From: an uncultured Verrucomicrobiales bacterium
Lineage (GTDB): Bacteria; Verrucomicrobiota; Verrucomicrobiia; Verrucomicrobiales; DEV007
Length of the DNA: 64,000 nucleotides
Assembly: GCA_964351855.1 (NCBI GenBank)
Contig: CAYGQD010000008.1
Coordinates: forward strand, 5,937-69,936
Direction: 5' to 3'
Position numbers and translations under genes: made by a program. Numbering within the stretch: the stretch's first letter is position 1; every line of letters begins with the position of its first letter. The notes under the pieces were generated by a model. That model saw only the letters and a list, made by a program, of their open reading frames with translations. It did not search any database and was not told the origin of the DNA. Positions 46,623 through 55,788 of the stretch are shown here, piece after piece.

Positions 46623-49600
46623 CTACCGAACGAATCCAGCCGCCTCATGAATCTTGCGAAGCTGCGTAGCTGGAATCTTCCGGACCTCGCGATCATAAGT
46701 AATCAGCCCGTTGATCTCTCCCTCGACGTCGGTGGTCTGCGTGTAAATCCCGGCGGCAATTCCTTGCTGCCGCAATTCAGCCAACAGCCGGATCGACTCT
46801 CGGTAACGCTCCAGCCACTCTTTTTTGTCTTTCGGCAGGCCGCCATAGCCCCAGTTGCGCGTTGCCGGATTCCAGACGTGCCCTTCGACCGGGAATCCAT
46901 GACCGCCGAATTCACCAATCACCTTGATGAAATCGTCGAACCGTCCGTCCTCGCCCAACTCAAAGGGAAAACCGGGATGGGGATACTGATGATGATCGAC
47001 GATATCTCCGACGGGAAAGAAGTTTCCGCCGCTCGCGACGTTCACCTGACGGCTGGGATCATACGCCACCGTCCATTCGCCCACGGACTTCGTCTGGTGC
47101 TGGCCCCAGCGCTCGTTGAAAGGCACCCATTGGACGATCGATGGATGATGATCCAGCGTATCGATCATGGCTTTCAGTTCGGCCATAAATTGGCGATGCG
47201 CGGCTTCCGGCCAAGTCACCGTAGCCGGGTTCGGCTGAAGACGCGTCCAATCCGGATTATCCGCCATCGCGCTGACTTGATCTTGCCACACCATCATCCC
47301 GATTCGATCGCAGTGCGTGTAGTAGCGGCGAGGCTCCACTTTAATATGCTTCCGAATCATATTGAACCCTGCCGCTTTGAGAAACTCGATATCCGAGAGC
47401 ATCGCTTCGTCGGAAGGAGGCGTTAAAAGGCCATCTGGCCACCAACCTTGATCAAGCGTACCCCAAGGAAAGACCGGCTCGCCATTCAGGGTAAAGCGCC
47501 AATGCCCATCCGCATCGCGCTCTCGACCAACCTCTCTCAACCCCACATAGGATTCGACGACATCCTCACCAACCTCGATTCGGAGATCGTAAAGATGGGG
47601 CTCCGCAGGCGTCCACAGCTTCGGATCGGGAATCTTTAGCTGAAACGGCGCATTCGCCCGGCCACTGGCAGTCGCTACTGGTTTGCCGTCCCAAAACGCG
47701 GTCACACTTCCAACCAACAATCCTCCCGAATCGCCTCCCACATTGAGATGAACCGAGACATTTCCAGCAAGGTCCGCTTCTATCTTGGTGCTCTTCAAAT
47801 ACGATACGGGAACCTCCTCCATCCAAACCGTCTGCCAGATTCCGGACACCGGAGTGTACCAGATCCCCTTCGGATTCAGCCGCTGTTTCCCATGAAGCTG
47901 ATAGCTTCCCGGTGCATCCGTCGCATCCGTAACCTTCAACGTGATGACATTCTCTCCCGACCGAAGAACCTCCGTCACATCATAGGAAAAGGGCAGATTG
48001 CCTCCGACGTGAACTCCGACTTCCTGGCCATTCACCCAGAGAGTCGAATGATAGTCTACCGCTTCAAAGTTCAACACATACCGCCGATCATCTTGTTGGT
48101 TGATCGAAACGGAGCGGCGATACCAAAGCGCCTCGTCCGGCTCCAAACGCCGCTCCACACCGGAAAGCGGTGCCTCGAGCGCGAAGGGAACGAGGATCGT
48201 GCCGTCCCACTGCTTCGGCGGGTTGGCTTCCAGGTCCGTCACCGCATAGTTCCACGGCCCATTGAGATTCGTCCACGCCTCGCGTTTCAGTGCGGGGCGC
48301 GGATACTCCGTCCAGACGTTCTCCGCCGTGACGTCTCGTCCCCAAGCGGTTCGCATCGTGACCTTGACGGTCTCCGCCGTAACATCGTGACGGAGCACGG
48401 TTCCGGTGAAGCGATTCGGAAGTTGATACTTGCCCACCGGATCTTTGAAGTCTTCGCCAAGATAAAAGCCGATCGCAGGCTGGTTGACCAACAAACCGGG
48501 AGATGGCTGACTGGCGACGACCTTGCCATTGACCGATAGGGACAACGTCTCTGCGTCCAGTTTTGCCACCAAATCGATCTTCCCCTGATAAGTACCTTTG
48601 GCGATAATTTCCGTCAGCTTCCCGGCGTTGCGCAGGGAAAAAGCCGGGCGACCTTCGCGAAAATGCAGCGCGTAGCCAAACTGCACTCCGCCATGGGATA
48701 ACACCACACCCCTGGGCTTCTTCGCTTCAACGGTCGCCTGAACCGTGAAAGGCTTACCTTGGACGTGAGGAGGATTCGGCAGCGCTACCGGAGCGGGGTT
48801 GCTCGCGCCCGTCATTGCTTTTGGATAGACGCGAGCGCGCTGCGCCCAAGTATTCCATTTAGCGGCCAGCTCAGCCACCATTTCGGGTCGCTGGCTCGCA
48901 AGATTTAGGGTTTCGGTACGATCCTTGGCCAGGTTGTAGAGTTCCCATTTCCGAGGATCGACTCCCCCCGTTGGAGCCACGCCTTTCCCAACCAGCTTCC
49001 AATCGCCGTCCCGAGCAAAAGCGTTGTTCTCATGCTCGACGAAGATCGGTTCCTTCCGACGGAGCGGCTTGGTCTCGAAAGCTGGGCGGAGCGAGACACC
49101 GTCCAGCTTGGGAAGCTCATTCCCGTGCATCGTCGCAGGATACTTCGCTCCCGCGACATCGAGAATCGTCGGGACGACGTCAATCAGCTGGGCTGGGCTG
49201 GTGTACCAGGATGAAGCTGGCGAAATCTTCGCCGGCCAATGGAGAAAGAACGGAGTGGCAGTGCCGCCCTCATGGGCGAAATGTTTGTAGAGACGGAATG
49301 GCGTATTACTGGCATTGGCCCACGCTTCTCCATAACTATTGGCATGTTCCTGATTGCGTTTCTCGATATCACGGAAATTTCCGCGCCCCAAGATCCCTCC
49401 TTCTTGACAGCCTCCATTGTCAGAAAGAAACAGAATCAGAGTGTTCTCATCCATCCCCGAAGTCTTTAAGAAATCGATCAACTTGCCGATGTTTTGGTCA
49501 ACTCGATCGATCATCGCCGCATAGATCGCCATCTTCAGATCCATTTCGTCCTGCTTGTCAGGACTCAAGGAATCCCATGCGGGAACCACGTCAGGACGCG

Positions 49601-50423
49601 GGGAAAGCGCCCAATCAGGATCGATCAACCCGGACGCCAGTTGCCGCTGATAGCGCTGCTTACGCAACACATCCCAACCCTTCCTATACTTCCCGCGATA
49701 CTTGGCGATATCTTCTTCGAACGCTTGCAATGGCCAGTGGGGCGCGGTGTAGGCGAGGTAAAGAAAGGAGGGACGCTTCTTCCCTTTCCGTTCTGCATCA
49801 AGAAAGCGAATTGCATAATCCGTGAATGCGTCCGTCGTATAATACGCTTGATCCGTGGTACTCTCCAAGGTCTCGATCAACTCGTTCCCTAGCGAAATCC
49901 CCCGAGGAGCTTCCGGCTCGAAGAAACGGGTCGCCCCGGAGAGACAGCCGTAGAATTGCTCAAAACCCCGCTGCAGCGGCCACCGATCCTTGGCGTTGTA
50001 TCCCAAGTGCCACTTCCCCGCCATCAATGTGGCATAACCCTCCTCTTTCAAGATCTCAGCCACCGTCGCGCATTCTCGATTGAGATACCCTTGGTAGGCG
50101 GGAGGACGGCCCTTACCATTCTCTTTGTTCGGAGGCTGGGTCATATGCCCAATCCCGGTCTCATGCGGATGCAGGCCGGTCAGGAGGGTCGCCCGCGTTG
50201 GGCAGCAACGCCCACTATTGTAAAACTGAGAGAACCGAACGCCCCCGTGAGCCAACGAATCCAGATGGGGAGTTTCGATCTCTCCTCCATGATAACCAAG
50301 ATCCGAGAATCCCATGTCATCGACCATGATCAGAATGACATGCGGACGTTCCGACGCAGAGACGCTCAAGATCGTGAGGAGCGCATAGAAACAAGAGAGA
50401 AAGACGGCAACTGGGGTTTTCAT
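46623..50423 (-). CDS. secreted fusion protein: Cys-type arylsulfatase + beta-sandwich module + glycoside hydrolase family 2
   Basis: Signal peptide. Sulfatase motifs MVDDMGFSD and CCPTRATLLTG (CxPxR), aa ~25-530. Jelly-roll-like module aa ~555-685. GH2 sugar-binding domain (LWVNGQEVG...), GIWQTVWME, acid/base-like PFNERWG and nucleophile-like IGEFGG, aa ~690-1266. Confidence 0.85.
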   Translation of the reverse strand: MKTPVAVFLSCFYALLTILSVSASERPHVILIMVDDMGFSDLGYHGGEIETPHLDSLAHGGVRFSQFYNSGRCCPTRATLLTGLHPHETGIGHMTQPPNKENGKGRPPAYQGYLNRECATVAEILKEEGYATLMAGKWHLGYNAKDRWPLQRGFEQFYGCLSGATRFFEPEAPRGISLGNELIETLESTTDQAYYTTDAFTDYAIRFLDAERKGKKRPSFLYLAYTAPHWPLQAFEEDIAKYRGKYRKGWDVLRKQRYQRQLASGLIDPDWALSPRPDVVPAWDSLSPDKQDEMDLKMAIYAAMIDRVDQNIGKLIDFLKTSGMDENTLILFLSDNGGCQEGGILGRGNFRDIEKRNQEHANSYGEAWANASNTPFRLYKHFAHEGGTATPFFLHWPAKISPASSWYTSPAQLIDVVPTILDVAGAKYPATMHGNELPKLDGVSLRPAFETKPLRRKEPIFVEHENNAFARDGDWKLVGKGVAPTGGVDPRKWELYNLAKDRTETLNLASQRPEMVAELAAKWNTWAQRARVYPKAMTGASNPAPVALPNPPHVQGKPFTVQATVEAKKPRGVVLSHGGVQFGYALHFREGRPAFSLRNAGKLTEIIAKGTYQGKIDLVAKLDAETLSLSVNGKVVASQPSPGLLVNQPAIGFYLGEDFKDPVGKYQLPNRFTGTVLRHDVTAETVKVTMRTAWGRDVTAENVWTEYPRPALKREAWTNLNGPWNYAVTDLEANPPKQWDGTILVPFALEAPLSGVERRLEPDEALWYRRSVSINQQDDRRYVLNFEAVDYHSTLWVNGQEVGVHVGGNLPFSYDVTEVLRSGENVITLKVTDATDAPGSYQLHGKQRLNPKGIWYTPVSGIWQTVWMEEVPVSYLKSTKIEADLAGNVSVHLNVGGDSGGLLVGSVTAFWDGKPVATASGRANAPFQLKIPDPKLWTPAEPHLYDLRIEVGEDVVESYVGLREVGRERDADGHWRFTLNGEPVFPWGTLDQGWWPDGLLTPPSDEAMLSDIEFLKAAGFNMIRKHIKVEPRRYYTHCDRIGMMVWQDQVSAMADNPDWTRLQPNPATVTWPEAAHRQFMAELKAMIDTLDHHPSIVQWVPFNERWGQHQTKSVGEWTVAYDPSRQVNVASGGNFFPVGDIVDHHQYPHPGFPFELGEDGRFDDFIKVIGEFGGHGFPVEGHVWNPATRNWGYGGLPKDKKEWLERYRESIRLLAELRQQGIAAGIYTQTTDVEGEINGLITYDREVRKIPATQLRKIHEAAGFVR

Positions 50424-50543
50424 GTTCCCATCAGAATGCGGAACACGAAGGCCCGATAGTCGATCTTCGCAGAAAAGTAGGCGAAATGAGTCATCCGCCT
50501 CAATGGAGACCGATTCTATGCGAGCCGTGCTCGCTCGATCTCG

Positions 50544-52037
50544 CTATTTCGGAGACTTGGAGGCGCTTTTCCACAACACAATCTGGGAGACATCATTGGC
50601 GGACTCTGGACCTTCCGTGCTGCGGCCTCGAGCGACGTCTGCTTCAAGGAGCTTGAGGAGTCCACTGGCGATTTCCGGGTGCTGCGCGTAAAGATTCGTG
50701 GTCTCGCCGGGATCGGCTTCCATATCGTAGAGTTGCGCTTCAGGAGCACCTTTCGGGGCTTGTTTTTCGGTCGGCGAGCTCCAGCCTCCGGATGCCCGAG
50801 CGAGCGCCAGCTTCCATTTTCCCTGGCGATAGGCGAAGTGACCACTGATGGAATGATGGATGACGCCATTCCGAGTCGAGACGATAGGTTCCCCGTGCAG
50901 AGCTGGGAGGAAGCTGACACTGTCTTCCGCACTGGCAGCAGGAAGCGGCCGATCGAGCTGGTCCGCGACCGTGGCAAAGAGATCCGTGAGGCAAATCAGC
51001 TGATCACTGGTAGTCCCGGGCTCCACCTGTCCCGGCCAACGCACAATAAACGGAATCCGATGACCGCCGTCCCAGAGATCGGCTTTTGAGCCTCGAAGAT
51101 GAGCGCTGACAAGGTGTCCCTGCTTTTCCAGCGCCGGAATCCCCGCCGCTTTCGAGCAACCATTGTCACTCGTAAAGATCACCAGGGTCTGATCGGTCAG
51201 CCCGTTCCGCTCTAAAGCCTCACTGACAGCTCCAACCACAGCGTCAGTCTGCATGACAAAGTCTCCGTAGTCGCCAAGACCACTTTTCCCTTTCCAATCC
51301 GACGACGGAACGATGGGGGTATGAGGAGAGCCGAGCGGAAGATACAGGAAGAAAGGCTGCTCTTTCCCGGCCCGGGAGTCGATATATTCCACCGCCTTCC
51401 GGGTCAGGCGCGGCAACATATTTACGACATCGTCATGAGCAATCACCGTATCATCCTCAATCACGGCTTCCATATTGCGAGCGTGATGAAAACCGTGGTA
51501 GTAGTCGAACCCGCGATGAATCGGCCCATCCGGAATCTTCGCGCCGACGGGCGGGGTTTTGTGTTTTTTCTGAGAATACGCTTCACCAGTTTCCGGATCG
51601 AGATACTGAAAGTCGAGATGCCACTTGCCCACTGCCGCAGTGTGGTAGCCCGCTTCTTGGAGGAAACTGGCGACGGTTGGTCGATCGGCAGCAATGAGGC
51701 TTGGTGCGAAACCGGTCACGACCCCGGATTGAAGCTTCGAGCGCCAACTGTAGCGCCCCGTCATGATGCCGTAGCGCGTGGGCGTGCAAACGGACGAACC
51801 GGAATGCGCGTCGGTGAAGATCATCCCTTCCTTCGCCAACTGGTCCGCGCAAGGCGTCGGGATCTTGGACGTTTCCGGAGCGAGACACTGGATATCGCCG
51901 TAGCCAAGATCATCACAGATGATGTAAACGACGTTTGGCTGCTTGGATTCCGCATGGGAATGGGAAGCCAGGCTAACGATGAACAGAAGCGAAAGAAAAC
52001 GTGTCGCCAGGGCAACGAGGGGCTGATTCATGGTCAC
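50544..52037 (-). CDS. arylsulfatase (Cys-type, formylglycine-dependent)
   Basis: Signal peptide. ICDDLGYGD metal site, CTPTRYGIMTGR (CxPxR), GKWHLD, SDNG. Confidence 0.9.
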   Translation of the reverse strand: MTMNQPLVALATRFLSLLFIVSLASHSHAESKQPNVVYIICDDLGYGDIQCLAPETSKIPTPCADQLAKEGMIFTDAHSGSSVCTPTRYGIMTGRYSWRSKLQSGVVTGFAPSLIAADRPTVASFLQEAGYHTAAVGKWHLDFQYLDPETGEAYSQKKHKTPPVGAKIPDGPIHRGFDYYHGFHHARNMEAVIEDDTVIAHDDVVNMLPRLTRKAVEYIDSRAGKEQPFFLYLPLGSPHTPIVPSSDWKGKSGLGDYGDFVMQTDAVVGAVSEALERNGLTDQTLVIFTSDNGCSKAAGIPALEKQGHLVSAHLRGSKADLWDGGHRIPFIVRWPGQVEPGTTSDQLICLTDLFATVADQLDRPLPAASAEDSVSFLPALHGEPIVSTRNGVIHHSISGHFAYRQGKWKLALARASGGWSSPTEKQAPKGAPEAQLYDMEADPGETTNLYAQHPEIASGLLKLLEADVARGRSTEGPESANDVSQIVLWKSASKSPK

Positions 52038-52133
52038 CTACCTTCCAGAAATCGAACTGGCCGTCAACGCTTTCCCTTCTTGACGCGCTGCGCCGCAGGT
52101 TCATGAGTAGGCGATCCTGACAAACCCACATCC

Positions 52134-53345
52134 ATGAACTTTTCCTCGTTCTCCCTCACCAACTATTTGCCACTTCCGGGAGCCCTCGCCCTTTTGATCG
52201 GGAACCTGGCAACCCATGCCCTGGCAGAGCGCCCCCCTATTGTGGAAGACATCATTGATGAGTATGGGGAGATCGAAGCGAAACTTCCCCGCGCTCGGGA
52301 GATCCACCGCCAAATCGCCGAAGAGGAGTGGGTGACGAATTTGACCGGTTGGTATGACGAAAGCCAGCGACTCATCAAGCTGCGGGAATATTCCTTCGAT
52401 GACTACGGGGGCTATGACCGGGAATCCTCATTTCGCGAAGACGGCTCGCTCGTCTTTTTCTGGGAGCGGACCGAAACCACTCCGCTGGAACCGAACGCCA
52501 AAACCACCATCGCGGAGATGCGACTCTACTTCTCCCGCAACGGCCTCGAACGCGTCCTCCGAAAGGAAGACCAATACGCCATCGGCGAAGTTCAAGATCT
52601 TCACCGGCAAGCAAGCAACGTCCTGTCTCCGGAAGACGGGCAAACCAAAGTGGGTGGTATTCCCGCGTTGCTGGAGAAGTTGACCGATTTCAGGGAGCAA
52701 CTGGAAGCTCTCCATTCCCCACCGTTTACCCGCTTCATCGAAGGCACGACCTCGCCGGATGGACGACTCGCCCTCGCTTGGGCTCCCGATTCCGGAGATC
52801 GCGAGGAAGTCACGCCGGATGGAGAAGCGGCGAATCCTGACGCGGTTCACAACTTTCTGGTCGTAGTCGAACCCCGCCAGATCATCGCCCTATCCGACGG
52901 CACCCATTTCGCCGATGCAGCGGAGATCGGGAGATTGTCCGCCACCGCCGTCTGGTCGGCCAATTCCGAGTGGGTCCTGGAGATTAACGAGAACAAATGG
53001 GGCGTGATACTGGCCTCACTCTGGAACCTTCAAGACGGCGTCTACGCGACGAATCCGGTCAACGTGTTGAGAGAGATCGAGCCTAAAATCGCGGCTCAAC
53101 TAAAGCAAGGGAATCACCCTGCGGCCGAGCGCTTGGCGAACGGTGAACCCTTTGTCCCCAGTTTTGATGACATCAGAATCGACAACGAAGGCGTGGTCAC
53201 CTTCGGCATTTCCGCGAGCATTCCTCACGACCCGTTGGACGACGCTTCAGGCGCTTATGCGGGAACGGTTCGGCTCACGCCCGGTTTTGAGGACTCCGGT
53301 TTCATGATCGCCAATCGCGTGGATTTCGAGCCGCGAGAGGAATAG
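52134..53345 (+). CDS. secreted hypothetical protein
   Basis: 403-aa ORF with a signal-like N-terminus (LPLPGALALLIGNLATHALA). No motif recognised. Confidence 0.45.
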   Translation: MNFSSFSLTNYLPLPGALALLIGNLATHALAERPPIVEDIIDEYGEIEAKLPRAREIHRQIAEEEWVTNLTGWYDESQRLIKLREYSFDDYGGYDRESSFREDGSLVFFWERTETTPLEPNAKTTIAEMRLYFSRNGLERVLRKEDQYAIGEVQDLHRQASNVLSPEDGQTKVGGIPALLEKLTDFREQLEALHSPPFTRFIEGTTSPDGRLALAWAPDSGDREEVTPDGEAANPDAVHNFLVVVEPRQIIALSDGTHFADAAEIGRLSATAVWSANSEWVLEINENKWGVILASLWNLQDGVYATNPVNVLREIEPKIAAQLKQGNHPAAERLANGEPFVPSFDDIRIDNEGVVTFGISASIPHDPLDDASGAYAGTVRLTPGFEDSGFMIANRVDFEPREE

Positions 53346-53422
53346 TGCGAGGAATCGGGGATTGCAGCGCAAGCGAAGCCGAATTAGGAGTCTAATTAGC
53401 AAATTGTGCCTCGCCCTCTCTG

Positions 53423-54316
53423 ATGCTGACGCCTCTCAATGATCCCAACTCTCGGTCCAAACTGGACTTTGATGGACCCGATCTGACCTGGAAATCTGGT
53501 GTCACGGTTCAGTCGAAGAAGGGTGGCGCATTCCCCATCCTCTTGATCGGAGCGATTCTTTGCGGGCTCATCGTCGTCCTCTTTTTCAAGGCATCTCAAA
53601 GTGGGGCGCGGAACGAGTCCCATTTGGCCAAGCTGGAAGAAGCGAAGGTTTCTCCCGCGCCATCGCCCAGCGCCTACGTTCCCACCGCGAGACGGGAAGA
53701 ACTTCCCTCGCCCATTCTGGTGCCGTCCTCTCAAGAGCAGCCCGAAGCATCGGCCACTGAATCGTCCGAGAGCGTGCCGACCGAGGTCGCCCGAATCGGC
53801 AATCTCCCCGAATTGGCCCCTGAACCGATTGTCCCCACTCCGATTCCTGAGCCAGAACCCGAGCCGGAAGTGACACCGCCAACTCCTGAACCTCCGCGCA
53901 CCAAGCCTCCAGAAGCTCCCGTTGGACGCGTCGTGCAAACCCGGCGTCAAATTGGCGACACCACCTTTGCCTTGATCAATCCAGCGGTCACGAGCAGCCC
54001 AGTCTTCATTTCCACTCGCCCCATTTCCCGCGAATTTTTCGCCCCGTTTGCTCGCCAGCGAAATCGCGCCATGGTCTTGAGCCCGATGGCCACGGTGAGC
54101 CGGACCGAGGCGATAGACTTTGCCAATTGGCTCACCCAGGTCCACCGATCGCGCGGCCTCATCGGAAGAAACGAATACTACCGGCTGCCGACCACCCTGG
54201 AGAATCCGGACCGAAACACCTGGCACGCGGACAACCGCTCTTCCTCGAACTCGCGACGTGGCTTCCGGCTCACCCTGACTGGCGACGGCCCCGCGCTTCG
54301 CCCCACGTCCGGCTAA
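53423..54316 (+). CDS. membrane-anchored Pro/Glu-rich protein with truncated FGE/SUMF1-like segment
   Basis: TM (FPILLIGAILCGLIVVLFF), PEPEPEPEVTPPTPEPP linker, then VFISTRPISREFFAPF ... MATVSRTEAIDFANWLT ... YYRLPT. This resembles the N-terminal half of the FGE-sulfatase domain. The opposite-strand ORF 53396..54226 is an Arg/Gly shadow. Confidence 0.45.
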   Translation: MLTPLNDPNSRSKLDFDGPDLTWKSGVTVQSKKGGAFPILLIGAILCGLIVVLFFKASQSGARNESHLAKLEEAKVSPAPSPSAYVPTARREELPSPILVPSSQEQPEASATESSESVPTEVARIGNLPELAPEPIVPTPIPEPEPEPEVTPPTPEPPRTKPPEAPVGRVVQTRRQIGDTTFALINPAVTSSPVFISTRPISREFFAPFARQRNRAMVLSPMATVSRTEAIDFANWLTQVHRSRGLIGRNEYYRLPTTLENPDRNTWHADNRSSSNSRRGFRLTLTGDGPALRPTSG

Positions 54317-54319
54317 ACC

Positions 54320-55714
54320 GTGGCAGATTGGCCCACAATGGTGAATGCGCTTCGCCGACCTCCGTTCGGGGTCCGGATCGGGCTCTCAGCTGCGCTCTTG
54401 TCCGGCCTCGCCTTGCTCACCTTCATCATCGCCTCGGCCGCGATCGTCTTCGACAACATGATCGAAGAAGCGGACTTCGTCTTGGCGGAACGTAGCGAAG
54501 TTCTCTTGCGGCAATTCAAGGAAACGCCTCCCACTCCAAAGGACCTGGAGAAAGACGAATACAGCGCCCCGCTAAATGCGGAACTGGCCGCCGTCAAAGT
54601 GCTCCGCTTTGCGAGCGCCGAACTCGATTGGCAGACGGATTCCCCGGAATGGCAGATCGAATGGCTCGCGAAAAAAGACTGGCGACGCACAAAAAAACGC
54701 ACCGTCTGGAATGGCCTGGACGTCTGGCGCACCTACAGCGCCGGCTCCAACCAGGACCACGGAATCCTTTTGGCGATGGACCTCTATGAGATCCGTCGGG
54801 AAGTCTGGCGCATGTGTAAAACCTTCCTCTCCGCGCTGCCGTTGACCCTCCTCTTTGTCGGTTTCGGCGGTTGGTGGACAGCGCGGCGCTCGGTCCTTCC
54901 CTTGCAATCCTTGGCGACGGCGATGGAGCACGTGGCCGAGGGAAATCTCACCGAAAGCGTCGATGTCTCGACCACGAAAGATCTGCTCGGTCGCCTCGCT
55001 CGCGTTTTCAACCGCATGACCGGGCGCCTGCAAACCAGCTTCGAACAAGCGACGCGATTCTCCTCGGACGCCTCCCACGAGCTGCGCACCCCGCTCACGA
55101 TTCTGCGCGGGAATCTGGAGAATGCCCTGCAGAAAGCGGAAGGAGAGCGGGCGATGGAGTTGGCCGAGCTGCTGATGCAAACCGAGCGCCTGCGGGGAAT
55201 CATCGACGGTCTTCTCCTGCTTTCTCGTTCTGACGCGGGAAAACTGATGATCGGTGGCGATATCGTCAATCTTTCGGCGCTGGTTGAGGACGTTGCGCTC
55301 GACTTCGAATCCGCCGTGTCCGATGCCGGAATCACTCTGGAATCGGAAATCAGCCCCCAGCTCGAAGTTCGGGGAGATCAGCGCCTGCTTCGCCAAGCGG
55401 TCGGCAATTTGATCGGGAATGCGGAAAAGTTCAACCTGCCGGAAAACGGCCGCATCATCGTCCGCGTGACGCGGGAAAGAGACGAAATCCGGGTCTGCGT
55501 GGAAAACAGCGCCCTTCCCATCGCCGCCGATAAGGTTGATCACGTGTTTCGGCGCTTTTTTCGGGCCAGCTCCGACCGCGAAACGCCCTCGGCCCCCGGA
55601 AGTGGGCTAGGACTTTCCATCGTCGAAGCTGTCGCCCAAGCGCACGAAGGTCGGACTTGGTGTGAGCCGGGCGAGAAATCGAATCGATTTTATCTCGCGC
55701 TTCCCGCCATTTGA
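54320..55714 (+). CDS. sensor histidine kinase (2 TM, HAMP, HisKA, HATPase_c)
   Basis: H-box SHELRTPLT, N box GNAEKF, G boxes GSGLGLSIV. GTG start at 54320, with an alternative ATG at 54338. Confidence 0.9.
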   Translation: MADWPTMVNALRRPPFGVRIGLSAALLSGLALLTFIIASAAIVFDNMIEEADFVLAERSEVLLRQFKETPPTPKDLEKDEYSAPLNAELAAVKVLRFASAELDWQTDSPEWQIEWLAKKDWRRTKKRTVWNGLDVWRTYSAGSNQDHGILLAMDLYEIRREVWRMCKTFLSALPLTLLFVGFGGWWTARRSVLPLQSLATAMEHVAEGNLTESVDVSTTKDLLGRLARVFNRMTGRLQTSFEQATRFSSDASHELRTPLTILRGNLENALQKAEGERAMELAELLMQTERLRGIIDGLLLLSRSDAGKLMIGGDIVNLSALVEDVALDFESAVSDAGITLESEISPQLEVRGDQRLLRQAVGNLIGNAEKFNLPENGRIIVRVTRERDEIRVCVENSALPIAADKVDHVFRRFFRASSDRETPSAPGSGLGLSIVEAVAQAHEGRTWCEPGEKSNRFYLALPAI

Positions 55715-55788
55715 TCGCCCCAGACGACACCGGCGCGTTCAGGGAAGATTTTTCTTTCGCACAGGAATGAAACAGCGCATTCTACCCC

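Noticed and set aside
53396-54226. 276-aa minus-strand ORF overlapping the Pro-rich membrane protein
   Set aside because: It is a Gly/Arg-rich repetitive translation (GRWRGRNLRFF..). The plus-strand frame gives a TM helix, a linker and an FGE-like segment.
54572-55543. 323-aa minus-strand ORF opposite the histidine kinase
   Set aside because: It is a shadow ORF. The plus strand encodes complete H, N and G boxes, and the antisense product has no motifs and biased composition.
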